From positions 18,051,192 through 18,115,191 of the forward strand of contig OZ316898.1 in NCBI GenBank assembly GCA_973895155.1: 64,000 nucleotides of DNA, given 5' to 3'. Position 1 is the first letter of the stretch. Every line of letters begins with the position of its first letter. The stretch comes from Marsupella aquatica. Its lineage: Eukaryota; Plantae; Marchantiophyta. Under the pieces are notes generated by a model. That model was not told the origin of the DNA, did not search any database, and saw only the letters and a list, made by a program, of their open reading frames with translations. Made by a program: the position numbers and the translations under genes. Positions 38,267 through 52,456 of this stretch are shown piece by piece.

Positions 38267-38663
38267 CAGAACGTATCCTGACGACGCCGACGAATGCGAG
38301 AGGCATTCAGGGTGAGCGCAGGGACTCCTCTCTCTCTCTCTCTCCACCAGCGCAATCAGTCATAGCCCCTCACCGCACTCCGATGTATAGGGAGATAGAG
38401 AGGCTGGCGGTGCAGATTTTGCATGAGAATGAGCGAATGAATTCGAAAGGGTCCAAGATTGAGCTCTAGTAAACCAAAAGTAAAGAGGTTGGAGGCTGGA
38501 GAGGAGCACCACCGAACCAGGCAAGCAAGATTCACACATTGACACGGCAACGCAGCTGAGCCGAGCCCGAGAAAGCGGAGGGAAGGAATCTAAGCCCGGC
38601 CGCACGCTCCGGAACAAGCTTTACTATGAGCTCCCAGAATCATTCCAGCTAAGCCAAAGAATC

Positions 38664-38703
38664 AGCCCAGCCCAGCCCAGCCCAGCCCAGCCCCGCCCAG
38701 CCC
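38664..38703. repeat. (AGCCC)n microsatellite upstream of AMT2
   Basis: cagcccagcccagccc..., about 8 units. Confidence 0.9.
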
Positions 38704-40060
38704 ACTCTTGGAATTCATCAGTCAGTCACAGCCAGCAATCCGCATCATCATACCACTGAGATCCGCTGCTCCCTTTTGCTCGGGATTGTGGTCGACATTG
38801 CGCCGAGAATCATTTGTACAAGAGACAGAATCCTCCTCGCAATTTTCCAGAGAATGACCGAACGGGGGACAGACGACGAGCTGCGCTTTGGACTACTTCG
38901 ATTCTGTTCCATCGAGCAACGGACTAGCCACACTCGATGCGGGGGAACGAGTCGCGCAATCGTCGGGCGGGTAGGGCCGGGCGTGGCGGGCACGCCGGGC
39001 AGAGAGGCGGGCAGGACGGGTGAAAAACCGGGTGAACTAAGGGCGGGCAACAGTAATAAATTCAACGGTCAGCCCGCCGGGGAAGGGCTCTGGATCACCG
39101 TAATCGTTAATTAAGATTTCCACTTTTTGCCAAGAGGGATTTGCTTCATTGATCACTAAAATGAAACTTGTTAAGTCTTTTCCAAAAATTTTGGTCACGT
39201 CAATAATAACGACAATAAACAAGATTTGTTTATTTTGTGAATCAAATTTATAATTTTCATTTATGTTTATATTAATTTGTATGTAAATTTTGGGATGTTA
39301 TATCATAAAAATAAAAGTAAAAATATTGAAAATACAAAAAACAAGAGAATTAAAATTATCACTATATAATCATTTTAATTATATTTCTAATTTTAAAATT
39401 TAAATTCAAAAATATTTTTTATATAATAAATAATGATTAATAATTAACTTGATAATTTCCTTGTTAAACCACAATTCCCAATATGTAAAGATATTTCATA
39501 TTGTACGGCCATTAATGTTGAAAACAGCACATAAAAACCCAGGATCTAGGAGAAGGAATGGCTGGAATCTTGAAAGTTCATCGAATTTTATACTCAAAAC
39601 TATTTACTCATTCTCAAAACAAAAAATACCCAATCGTAGATCTCATTGAGATCTTTCTTTTGCACCCTAGATCGCCTTCTAACATGGATGAATAAGATTT
39701 TTAGAGGCATTACAAAATAGATGACAAAGATCGTAAAATCAACAAAATCGATGGCTAGGAAGGCTTGGATTTGTTTAATTTTTCATTTGAAAAATATTAA
39801 CCCATTTGCAAAATGGACAGAACCCATCCATAGATCTATTTGAGATTTTTCTTTTGAGCCATAGATTGGCCATTATAATGGACGGACGAGATTTTTGGAG
39901 ATAAGAAATGGAGACAGCTCAGATCGACTCTTCCCCCTGATTTTATTAGCCAAGGGATCCACGAACTAATTACTTGAAAGGTCCAGATTTGAGACTAAAA
40001 GGTCCATCAATTGTCCAGATTGGGAAAAAATATTCAGAGAGTTAATTAAGCAAACTTTTT

Positions 40061-40090
40061 GTAGAAGAGGGTCTATTAAACATATCTCTC
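40061..40090. mobile_element. Isolated MULE TIR end related to the 22013-23499 element
   Basis: gagggtctattaaacatatctctc resembles the right terminus gggggttgattaacatatatctc; no partner TIR found. Confidence 0.4.
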
Positions 40091-41963
40091 CCTTTTGCCA
40101 TAATGGTTAGTGTTTGCTCTTCTAAAGAGAAGAGGCTCAAAAGATTTTTTATCATCTTTCTATCTCTAATTCACTGCAGGTAATCACACATCAATAGACA
40201 TCAAAATGTGGTAATAGACTAGGTGCCCTTATTGATTTTTAAAAAATAATGGAGTTTATCCACATCAAAATGTGCTGGTAGACTAGGTGCATTTCATGAT
40301 TCGAAGAAAATAATAAAATTTATCCACACCAAAATGTGATAATAGATTTATCATAGTATACCACACATAAAAATATTTTAATATATTATGTGTATTTATT
40401 TATATATTTTAAAATTAATGAAGTTTATCATGCTATGGAATAATCTCATAATTTTTTATGTCATATTTTGATGGACAATTATGGGGACACATAAAAATTA
40501 GCTAATTTTGGCCAAAAGTGATAAAAAGCTTTTCGGAAGGTGTAATCTGGACAATTTTCGTCATAAAAAAAGCTGCTCTGGATCTCACCTCCCAACATCT
40601 GGGGAGAGTCGGGCAGCCGGGCAGGCAGGTACACAAGTACAGGTGACTGATCCGTACTTGTACTTGGTCAGAGATTTTCAACTGGAAAAAGCAGTTTTAT
40701 TCTTTTCACTAGTGGTCATTTAAATTCTCATCAGTCAACAAGTTCTCTTAGAAGAGCTGACACGTAAGCAAAACATGGCACTGTTTGCCAATTTCAACGC
40801 ACTTTGCCTTACGTAAAGTGTTCCCTCCCCATTTCCCAAACTTGCCCCAAGTAGTCCAACAACTTCGGAGAACGGGTGGTCGGGCAGGCAGGAACACTAC
40901 TGTAGTCCCGGGAGCACAGTGATTACCATGTTACTAAAATGGTTTGCACAAATAATAAAAAACTGCCAAAATTCTACCTCTCAACAACAATGGGCTCGTT
41001 TAGTATATATCAAAGTGCCAAAAAATACAAACGAACCGGGAAAGAGGATCCCACAGATAAAGCAATCCAATAAAAGGAAAGAATCAGAAAAGCCAAGAGA
41101 CCAAACAAAGCAAGAAGTCCCCTCTCACAACCAAAGATACACTACAAAAACCCAGAGCCCCCAATGGAGCAAGGAAGACACAAACACATGTTCTTCCCAG
41201 ATATGCACAAAGGTCATAAGTTTTGAGTAGAATGTTGTAATCTGTAAAAGTTTTGATTGCATTTTATCTTATGAATAAAAATAAAACTAAACTATAACCC
41301 CAAGAGCCACACCATGATGATGATGATGATGCACATGTATGATCATTTTTGTCATCATTTTTATTCATGTTAAAAAAATAGACATTCAAGCCCCATCTTA
41401 TATATGAATGGCCAGGAAAGGGAGATATGAGTTCTAGATTTCTAGAGTGAAGTCTCTAGACCATGATTATAGGATTCTACCATGTGGATAGAAAGTATTA
41501 TCTTATGATATGTATGATTGTTAAAATGATGGGCTAGACATGGTTTTTATTTCATTGACCTTCAAATAATGAGAATAATAAATATATTTTGTTGACATTT
41601 ATTGTCCTCTCCTAATTACTCTCTTGTATTCACTTTCAAATAGGGGGTAGTTGGGGCTAGTAAATATATAATCACAATCAAAAGTCACTCTTTTGTCTAG
41701 ACTGAAGCTTGTAGTCTGGGCTGCCTAGTAAATATATAATCACAATCAAAAGTCACTCCTTTTGTCTAGATTGAAGCTTGTAGACTTTGCATCCAAGAAC
41801 ATAATTGACAATGCGAACAATGTTGAAAGTGAGAATTGTTGGGGATAATCCTTATCCCGAGACACCATGCACATGTAAACACCATACAAAATAGTTGACA
41901 CAGTGAGTTCATGATTCACCTCACGACTGAGGCTACGTCCACGAGAAATCAAGAGACCTTTAC

Positions 41964-42261
41964 CTTGGGGGCCTCACTATATGGGGACCTCTGAGCCATC
42001 ACCTGTGACGTTTTTAGGCCTCGGACCCCCTCAAATATAAAACAAATTTAAAAATTTAACCCCTATAGAGTTAGAACATGCTTGGAATATTCCAAAACGT
42101 AAATTAAAAAGACCCTAATGTTCTTACAAGTCTCAAAATTTAATGAAAAAGACCCTATTGTTCTTCTACAAAAAAAATTAAGTCTTCTCTTAGAACCAAT
42201 AAAATGACCCTATCCTTCGTCGTCCGTGATATGTCATTTTTGTGGAAGTGAAACCCCCGAG
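41964..42261 (-). mobile_element. MITE (8-bp TSD family), diverged copy
   Basis: Perfect TSD acctttac (41956-41963 and 42262-42269); termini cttgggggcctcactatatgg / ggaagtgaaacccccgag match the family. Confidence 0.85.
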
Positions 42262-42789
42262 ACCTTTACTTCTCTCTTGCTCCACTCCAACAATGAACTG
42301 AAGATCCACCAGGGGCTGGCATCAACCATGGTTATATACAACATGCATCACTGCTAACCTAAGCTAAGTCCTAACCTGAGTTAGCCTAATTGCAATTAGT
42401 ACTAGAGTCACAAGACTAAGAGCAATACTCAACCAGAATACAAACAAAGAAACATGGATTGGGGTGGACTATAAATCGCAATGCATAACTAAAAAAGAAA
42501 GGGGAGATGGGCAAGATAATGGCAAATAGTAATTAAAAGCAATTGCAACGTTCGTTGTTTTTGGCCACCTCCGCTATTTAGGTTCAAAGAATGGGTAATG
42601 GGACTACGGTAGTCTGTAAAAGTCTAGAAACAAATAAAATAAACTCCTGGCCCTATAACGAACCAAGTCACCAACCAGGTAGTTGATAGCGAGGCAGTTG
42701 GATTAGAAAAATAGGGGTCATGCAAGAATTTCTTTTTGCTCGTGCTAGGAAAAATTTTGTTGTTTGCTCGCACGTTACATTTGTAACCC

Positions 42790-43829
42790 ATAACTTATGT
42801 ACTAAGTATTTAGCCCTTCTCACTCCTATATTCATTTGTTTCGTGTTTTGAAATACTTCTGTAAGGGAAGTAATACTTAAGGTACTTAATATTTGCTCTC
42901 TTTAGTTATTTTCTTTCAATTTTTTTGAATTACTCATACCTAAAAGTATTTCTCCAGAGCATAGTCTTACCTGAACTTCAGGAAGGTGAACCAATGGTTT
43001 TGCGTGCTATCCAAGTGCTATTTTTTCAAAGTTGTTGTTAGCAAATACATCATGTGGGACTTAAACAATTCTTTGATAATGTTTTTCCAAAAACATTTTT
43101 GGAAATATTTATGCTAGACGTGAGCATTTACTTGGTGTCAGTTGTGTGATATGTTCTTTTAGATGTGAACACCTAGGTAGAGTATATCAGGCAATTGACA
43201 CAATGCCACTTGAAGAACAATTTTTATTCTTTAGCTTAGTACACAAGGCGTTAATTGAATTCACAAGGCATCAATTGAATTCATGAAAATGAGCATATAG
43301 GATGCACATAGTAACAAATGTTAAAGCAGTGATATGACCATATAATTTTGAGCTCAATGTTGGTGCAACAACCACAAAATTAGCTATCAAAATCATATCG
43401 CAATTCACGTTAAGTTTACTCAAAGTTCACTAAAAAAATTCACTTTGCATGTCACACCCTATGATATATCATGGACAGCAGCCAACAACCCTTTCTGGCT
43501 GTCAGAAATGAAAGGAATGTTTTTTGATCCAATCCCATCTATAGTTTTTTCAAGTAAACAAAGAAACCATGTCCAATTATTAGTACTCTCAACAAGAGCC
43601 ACTCTATATGCAAGAATAACAATCCTCTGGTCTCGGTCTTGCACTGTTGTGAGAGATAGCTGCACAGGAAATTTTCTTTTTCTTTTTTGTATGAAAAGCA
43701 CCAAGGGAGACCAATGGTTGGTAGTATTGCAAGGCATTTCAAGTGGCAGAAGGACAAACAAAAGCTCGTGAGTACATGAAACAAATGAAGATGGGCACTG
43801 AAGGGCTAAATACTTAGTATATAAGTTAT
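42790..43829 (-). mobile_element. MULE derivative carrying a MuDR-type transposase DDE-domain fragment
   Basis: 30-bp inverted repeats ataacttatgtactaagtatttagcccttc / gaagggctaaatacttagtatataagttat; the relic ORF 43459-43761 reads QDRDQRIVILAY..ALVESTNNWTWFL..L...IPFISDSQKGLLAAV, typical of the MULE transposase domain. Confidence 0.8.
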
Positions 43830-46800
43830 ATGTTTATTTTCAAATAAGAGTACACTGAATTGCTTCTAGACAGTACATCTATAGTGGTTACATAGTATGG
43901 TACAATTAAAAAATATATAAATAATAATATGACAGGTCATGAGAAAGGGACAAGGGCCCCTTTAAGTATATTTGAGAAGTTAAGGGCTAGTAAGGAATAT
44001 CTTTAGGTAGAGGGCCCCATCAAGTATTTTGCTGCAGGGGCAGGGCTGTGAGCTGGTCACTGGTGCTATCTCAAGCTCAAAGCCCAAAACATCGGCAAAA
44101 AGTATTTTGGCTTTATTGCTCAATAAAAACATTTTAGTAAATGGCTGACAAATCAGACTTTAGCACGAGAGGTTGTTTTATTTCCCCAAACCTTGTTTCG
44201 GGCTTGGTCAGAAATATCGGACAGGTACGAGTTAGGCAGAATAAATGCAGCCTTGACTACCTTGAGTTCTATACTTCTATTGTTCTAACTTCTAAGCTTC
44301 GTTCCTGTTCAATAAAAACATTTTTTAAAGGGTGTGACGAATCAGAGTTCAATAAGTGAGGTTGTTTTGTTCTCTTCGATGTTACTATGATTTTGTGAAT
44401 GATTTCTGGACAGTAGCAAGCTTGGACAGGTGAATGTGCATCCATTTCCCTGGTTGGAAACATTTGAAGCCTCATTAGCATTTACATTCACAGGTTAAAT
44501 CTGAACTTGAAGTCTAGAGACTTACCTAGGTACAAGCTACTGTAGATGGTTGTTCAGAAATTTGGGAAACAAAAGTAACATCTAGACTGTTCACTGTATT
44601 TAGTCTTACCTTTGAATTAGAGTTTGTAGGTAACTAACCTATCCTAGCCCTAATTTGTGAGTCCCTCAGCAAAAAAACTAACATGCAGTGTAGGTGGGTT
44701 TCCTTACTAATGTTAATTTGTTGCAATTCCATGATGGAGAGTGATTCACGTTTGTCAAATCCTATGACTGCTCCACCATAGCAATCTTTCATTTTCTATT
44801 TTGCTCAAGATCTTGCTCCGGACACAAATGCGCACAATGTGTCTTCCTTGATTAATTCATTATGCTCTGTGGCCAAGTTATGCTCCAAACAATTATGTGC
44901 ACAAACAAATTCAGTATTAGCCTAATCTTCTTAATGATTAGTGTTAATCCATGTTAGCATTGGTAGCTTACATTGAAGAGTAACAGGGAAACAAATCTGG
45001 ACACTGTTGGTCAAGATCAATTAGGTTGAAGCTCAGAAAACCGGAATCTCCAGGTGGCACTTTCACCACCTCCCGCCCCACAGATATTTCTTACAATATC
45101 TTTAATCATGGGCTTGCTAGCCATACCCTTCCATATGACCATATTGGTGGACTGTTCCTGGAAGCTTCATTTATTACAAGTCTTTGGGTCCCACTTTTAG
45201 ATGTTGGGGGCCCGCCCATTGCCTTAAAAGCCTGACCTCTAATTTTTTGAAGTGTGCAAAGGGCTTTGGTGAGCCCCACTTTGGGTTGGGAGTTTTGTTC
45301 AAAAGTTCGTTGACTTTTAAAGCTTGAATTCACCTCACTTACCACAATGAAGACTACTACTGTTTGGCTAAGCTACAGTAGCTTGCTAGGAAGACTACTG
45401 TGTAACCCTAATCCACACAAATTGAGAAAGTGGCACTTATGTGGATACACCCTAATCCACACAAATTGAGAAAGTGTTGCCATAGACTGCCCTGGTTCTC
45501 TATTTGGAAGAGTACTAACTATTAACAAGGCACAAACTGGACATGCCAATCCAAAATTGAGTGCACAATTGAACATCTATCTTCTTACTTGTATAAAACA
45601 GGCGAGTCTACTATACATGTGGGAAGGTACCACCTGAAATGGACTGGATCGAAATGCATGGCATTCGAGTAATGTGTATTATTTGACTTGATTTTCGTTA
45701 ATGGAGGAGTTAAATGGGGTAGGGTTTAGTGATGGTGGTGGGGCCTAGGTCCAAATTTTTAGGACATTTGGTTCAAGATTTCCTGATGGTATTCTTAGAT
45801 GGGCCTCTCTGCATTATATCTGGTGGTGGAGATTTGGTTCTACTTGGTGGTACTGTTGCTGGACTGTTTAGGTAGTTGGACTAGTTCTGATTATTCTGCA
45901 AAGTGACTCAATTTAGCTCTTTTTTTCTGTATTAACATTGACATGAGCCACAACAAAGGTTTGGTCCCACTTTTAGATCAGGTTTGTACCCAAGCCAAAG
46001 CACTACACTTTGAACTCGAACACTGTTTTGTCCAAACATGCCAAAAAGACAGATGACATCATAAGCCTTTTAGGGTGCCAGAAGTGCTCTCATAACTTTT
46101 GCCCTGTGCTAGTTCTAATAAAAAATAGATATAGCGAAATTGAATTCCTTAGTACATTGAAGGGAGTTTTAAATGATATTTTGAGGCTAATAATCCCATA
46201 TCACGGGGGAGGGGCCGACGAGGGGACAAGGGGGGTTTGCAGGATTGAACGGTTCAGAACAACCTGAAGTTCGATGAATTCCAGGTCATTTCAGTTTGTA
46301 AGCAGATCACATTGAAGTATTACCAAGATTACATACTGTAGGGGTTGATGACGTAATTCCAAATTGAGGCAGAATTCGAGATTCCATATCATAGCAGTGG
46401 ATCATAATTTCAAAAAGAGGCGAAACTTAATTACCACTCAAAAAAGAAACAAAAACAAATTCAACAAAATATTACAACTGCTCGTCTGTCCCATTGTGGA
46501 CAGCCATGAGATCCCACCCCCCAAGATGGGAAAAAACAAACTACAAAAAGACTTGCCAGATAAAACCCTTGAGCGCAATAATTCCCTGCATCGCCGGTAC
46601 CTTCGCCACCGCCCACTCAATCGCTCTTTACTCACTTTGGAGTTTGGACGGAAGGTACCTAAATTTAGCACGCATGTAAATTCCAATCTACGGCCCACAA
46701 ACTCCCGCTCGCTCCGGTATCCCCCATTCCACCCTTCGATCACGCACAGTTGCGCTTGAAATGGCCGTTGACGAGCTTTACCTGTCAGCACACGTCAGCC

Positions 46801-47351
46801 GTTGCCGTCGTCGCCACAGAGAGTGTCTCGGAAACTTTTGGCATCGATCTCAATTGCCCGGTCAGAAAAGTAATTGTCTTTTAATATGTTATTATTGGTA
46901 GGCGGAAAAGGAGCCATGCTCAGAAAGTACAGCTAAAAAATTAAGAACGTCCCTGGGGGTTGACTCATGGATCACCAGGAGATGCGCCCTCCCCCGATGG
47001 AGATGTTACGGCCGTTGATGTTCCCCAACGCGTGGGTTTTTTTGCTTTCGCCAGATTGGCCAATATGAAGTAGAAGATTCTAAACCATTCTGGATCTCGC
47101 GGATGAATCTATTATTAGCATTAGATTAGATTCTAGACATATGGGGCTACAGGTGGCCATTAAATTTAGTCGAATTATGTCGTTGCAAAGTGACAAAGTG
47201 TAAAGCGGCTATTGAAGACAAAAAAGCTATTTTTGGCTTGTTTTTAGTGGATTGGAATCTAGCCAATTTTCGAACTTCTATAATATGCTGAGGTACACTA
47301 CGGTAGTACGGTGGGTTCTCTGAAAACCAATGACGAAGGAGCACGACGTGT

Positions 47352-47528
47352 CAAAGTTCAACACAGAAACACATTTTGGTTTTTCTTATTATTACTGTTT
47401 TTTTATCAGCTCTACAAAGTTCAACACATAAACGCACTTTGGTTTTTCTTATTATTACTGTTTTTTATCATCGCTTCATCGCTTCAAAATTCAACACTGA
47501 AATACACATTGGTTTTTTCTTATTATTA
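47352..47528. repeat. ~60-bp tandem repeat, 3 copies
   Basis: ttcaacac..aaa..cac.ttggtttttcttattatta occurs three times. Confidence 0.85.
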
Positions 47529-48899
47529 GCCCCATTACGTGAATGAATAATAAAAATGTCAACAAAATATATTTTCATTCTTTGAAAGTTCATGAAATGA
47601 TAAAAATTATCATACCTGGGCCCATCATTTTAACAATCATATATATTCTAACATACTCCTTTCTATCCCCATATATTATGGTGGGGCTCTAGAATCAAAG
47701 TCTAGAGATTTCACTCTAGAAGCCTAGACAGCAACTCTAGCTTGGCTTTATAAATTAGTTTATGGACCCCTTTCTGCTTTGTGTATTGTTTAATAACCAG
47801 GGCCACTCTAATAATAATTGTCCTGGTTAGTACCAAAATATTTTAGCAAGCATTCCCAGTAGAGATTGGCTTTATCACTGAGTTTGGATATAGCAGAATC
47901 ATTTATGAATTGCAAAGGTCAAAATCTTGATTCCTGCTTATTTCCTGTTCACCTTTGCCCCTATTTGCACCCTTATTTTCATTTATGCCCTCAATTAGAG
48001 TCATGGTCTAGATATTTATTGTAGACAGGAGGCCCAGGAAGTAGTTTGGATGGTAATTTATTAGTCAGATGAATTTAACTTGTTCGGTTCCATATTGTTC
48101 CACAAAGTCAAGAAAAGATACTATTTATGGCAAAACTTGTCATGGCTAGTGGTGGTTTAAGGGGATATTCAGCTATTAATATTTAGTGTACATATTGGGC
48201 AAACCAGGATGTCACTACGGTAGTACATTTCTTTCAATTCACCGGTTGGGTCGTCTTGCAGTAACTCGCAAAAGCTCTCCTTCCCTTCCCCTGGTTTTCT
48301 TTGTCCATCAAAGAATCAATTCCTCCATTGCTTTGTCGTCACCAAAATCTTGGCCTTGTAAAACTCCTCTCCTCTCCGATCCCAAACAGCAGGGGTTCAT
48401 TGCCGTTAACACTTGGGTGCTCTGAAGAGCTCTTAATGGACTCTTCCTTGGTCTCCTTCTGTTTTCGTATGAGTCTAAGCTTACTTTATGTCACTGACAT
48501 GTGAAAAGGTGTTTTTCCTCGTCCCAGTCCTGATTCATGTCATAATTACTAATCCGCTGTTGAATCCCTTGTGAGACTCAAATGGACTCCCAAACTTTTT
48601 GGTGAACCTGAACTCAAATTAGATGCATCATAGCCATTTTAGCTCGCCTGGAACTATCATAGTATCATCCATTCCGCGGGAAGGATCTCAATATAGACAT
48701 CACTGTTCATAGAATCAGTCAATTAAAGTTTGGCATTGCTTGCATCACCAGTTAATCTGATCGAGCTCTTGTATTGAAAAAGATAGAATGGCACTGACTG
48801 TTAATTTGCAATTAACTTGGTTACCATTTAACCAGATACACTGACGCGCTTATAGCCTCCATCACATTTCTCAAAGATTAGAATGTGGAATGTCGATCA

Positions 48900-48956
48900 G
48901 ATTCTCTGCTGGCAAGATTCTCTGCTGGCAAGATTCTCTGCTGGCAAGATTCTCTG
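48900..48956. repeat. 16-bp tandem repeat (gattctctgctggcaa), 3.5 copies
   Basis: Read directly from the sequence. Confidence 0.9.
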
Positions 48957-50799
48957 TTTCAAATTGTTGATTTCAATTCTTATAGTCTCAAGAAGATCAA
49001 TTCCATCAATCACTCTGGTCGCATACAAGTCCCTGGGATGACCCGGCCATGCCAGTTGTTGAATTGACTTTGCATTCACCCAGGATTGATCAACAATTTA
49101 GTCGGCATCCCTTGTATGCAATAATTGTGTTTTATCCCAATCCCTACTTGCCCCCTCTATTTATGACACCTGTGTGCAGGTGGTCTCTTCTTAATCCCGA
49201 ATGTAGTCCATGCACACATACTCGACAATATTTTCTTGTCTTGATTCAATGAGTCACAACTATCTGCTAGTGCTGAATGTAATGAATACAATATATTAGT
49301 TTGAAGTAATTTACAAAAGTACTTTACCAATGCTTGATTTATAATTTGAGGTATCCAGCTCAGGCACATCTAACACCCTGATCCTGATGACTTAAACGAA
49401 CTCGATCATCAAAATTACTGGACATGGTTTTGTCTACTGGACATACTTACTGGAAACTCATGAAAATTAATCAACACCATTAGGATGAGGGTACATAAGA
49501 GTTCTACGATCTAGTCTTCTGCCGATCTCAGTTTTGAGTCCTTGCTTCAATCCGCTCTTCATCCCCGCCCGAAGTAGTTTAGGGTTCAAGAGAATCATCT
49601 AACTAACTACTTGACATGACATAGGGATTATCAAACATGAGAACTGATATGCGGCAACATTGAAAATTTTATTGAGTCATAATCAAAGGCAGGAATGAAG
49701 AAATTTGCTTACGAAAGGGAGGTACGTGATCCGACAGAGTTTGATCCTAAGCTTGTTGCAGAGAGTTACCACTCATGGGATCGATGTAGCTTCTCATTTC
49801 CACCGCTTTAGCTTCAATTGTTTCTGAGTCTGTTAGTGTGGACATTGGCTCTGTTAAAATGAAGGATTTCCTGAAAAGATGACTGGAAATGGCTTAGCAA
49901 CCTACCTATCCGATATCTTGCAACTTGTCAACATATTATAGCATATCCCATAAGTTTTGTCCTGCTACGCAATTACATCCTTTATGGACAACCAAATTTG
50001 CCACAAAACTTACAGATGCAATGACAAGGGCAATGAACGCCGTCATGATGACTAATTTGTTGGGAGAAATGAGCACCCAAATTGCAACATTGCATCCTTG
50101 AAAGTGATCAAAGTTGTGTTTTCTTGATCGAATTCTGTCACTGCCATCCCACCACCAAAGAATTACCTTTAGAATTGGACATAAAATCCATCCAACCGAT
50201 CCAACAGATCCACATGCCTGAAGGAGAACATTCATCCCAAAACTCAAAAACAGTATTCATCCAAGGGTATTCATCAATGGCAAATAAGGGCCGGCCTCAC
50301 ACTAAATGGAGAGGTGGTTACTCATGGTAACAAAAACAGTTATGTGAAATAAATTTACATCATGTTTCACGGCATGGTACAGGTCCTGAGTGTTACCAAA
50401 ATCCTGCCACAAACATGAAAGGAGGAGTAATTTTATTTTGTAAACTAACCTGTTCTTGTTGCAGCGCGTCATGATGATGTGGTGCGTTGTGGAATCTCAA
50501 ATTTTGGAAGGGACCTCAAGTGGGGTCTGCAATAATATTTTAACCTTCAAGTGGAAACTTTCACCAAAATTTATGAAACAGGAAAAACCAAATTACAACA
50601 AAGGGAAAGAAAAAGAGAGGACAAACAACCAAGAAGTAAAACCAAAAGCAATTGCAACCCTACAAAAGGAAAAAGAGAGAGGGAAAAGCATCTAACACTA
50701 CACAAGTGCAAAGGACTAGTTCTCATGGGAAAAGGTGGCAAGCTAATGGTCCACATCTAATGTCCTAACTAAATCAGCAAGTGTCATATATAGGAAGGT

Positions 50800-52150
50800 C
50801 CTCTAGGGAGGCAAGTGTCTGAGGAGGTATAGTAATGCCCACTATGAGGGATCAACAATAAACTGCTCGATCTTGAGCACGTTGTAGAGCTACTGAAATG
50901 CATTGTCAAAAGTGCCTGGTGAAGATGGATAGTGGAGGTCTGGAGGGCCCTATCCGTTCATGAATATGATGAGAAGAAGCCCATCAAACTGATGATGAAG
51001 ACCCCCAAACATCTCAATGCAAGGGGGATAAAAGTATGAGATGAATCTTGAGTGACATATTTTTCCTCCTTTGGCGTGGCCGCTCGGGGCCCCTGATGTT
51101 GTCACCGCCATCTCGATGATGTCCTGGCACAAAGGGTTTGCTACCACAACAACGTTGACCATCACAGACCATGGTCAGATCAACCCATAACCGTTGTGGT
51201 GGGGGACCAGGTAGCTCAAGAACCACCTCCCACCACAAGTGTACCAAAGACCTGGAGAGAATGTGAGCAATAGCATCTCTCACAACACAACTATGGTTTT
51301 ACCTCCCAAATTGCACCAAAGAAGATGGATCCCTTTGGCATGAAGTGGGTAAACCTACAAGAAGAGGGTGGGGCCACCCAGAAAAAGATGAATGGTCGTT
51401 GATAACTCCTCTAAAGACATCCGCGGATGAGGGATGACCGGATTGGCCTGAAGCCACCCGTCTGCGCCTTTCCCTCTGGAAAATAGAATCCAAGCTTGGT
51501 TCATTTCAGGTGCCTAGGCAAGGATGCTAGAGAGGGTAAAAGGTGTGCATACGCCCAACAAGGTCAGCCTGAAGATGGACAGGGTCCAAGGAGAAAAACT
51601 CCTGAAAGGAAGGTAACACGCCGCGTACAAGATCTGGTAGTGATAACTGCGCTTCTTGGAGATGAACCCTCCTCAACCTCTATTAAGAGATGAAAGTAAA
51701 AAGGGTTGATCCTCAACAAGGAAGCGATCAGCCAACAATGAGAATGAGGCTCAAAATGAGGTGCCCACAAACCCAAAAATGTCAAAGGGGCTATGCTCTC
51801 AATGGAAGTAAACCCAAAACCACCTTGAGAAATAGGAAGTGTGAGATGTCGGTGAAGCCATGAAGATGAAAGTTAGCAAAGAACCAGGACCTAATATGGA
51901 GATAAAAGTCTCTCGAATAGAAATATCAAATGCACATAGGTGTGGACAAAGATCCTTGATAGGGGCATACCTCCTAGCAAGATAAGATGCCCTAGGGTGT
52001 AGTCATCTCAACCCGCATCTCAACAACATGAGACAAAGAAAAATCTCTCTAATGGCAATGGGCCAAACTCCCGGGGATGACTTACCCATGGCTAATAAAC
52101 GCGATGCGCTCAAAATCTAAGAGACTGGGGGAGGCAAGCACCCTGCTACA
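50800..52150 (-). mobile_element. Degenerate CRE-like (RLE-type) non-LTR retrotransposon, 3' portion
   Basis: Nucleotide homology to 54900-55468 and 57725-58500; fragments PHPLLVGLPTSC and RDAIAHILS...EVVLELPG...WVDLT; many stops and frameshifts. Confidence 0.7.
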
Positions 52151-52152
52151 AT

Positions 52153-52456
52153 CTGGGGGCCTCCCTCCAAGGGAAGTCCCATATCACGTGCACAATTTTC
52201 AAGTAATAAACACCTAAAACTTAAGAAATAAAGTATATATTCTAGTATATTTTAGCCCCTAACTTTATAAAATATTCTAGGAATATTGCTCAATTTGGAA
52301 TTAAAACCCCCTATAGTTCTTATAATTGTGAAAATTGGATTAAAACACCCCAATTTTTCTTCAACAGAAATATGAAAGTCTTCCGCACAATTGAGTTAAA
52401 AAACCCTAACTTCTTTGTGCTCCATAGGTCAAAAGAAAAGAAGTGAGGACCTTGGG
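52153..52456 (-). mobile_element. MITE (8-bp TSD family, subfamily B)
   Basis: TSD gctacaat / gctgcaat; reverse-complement homology to 30141-30452. Confidence 0.75.

Noticed and set aside
38748-39114. GC-rich overlapping ORFs upstream of AMT2
   Set aside because: Explained by GC-rich promoter composition; no protein features.
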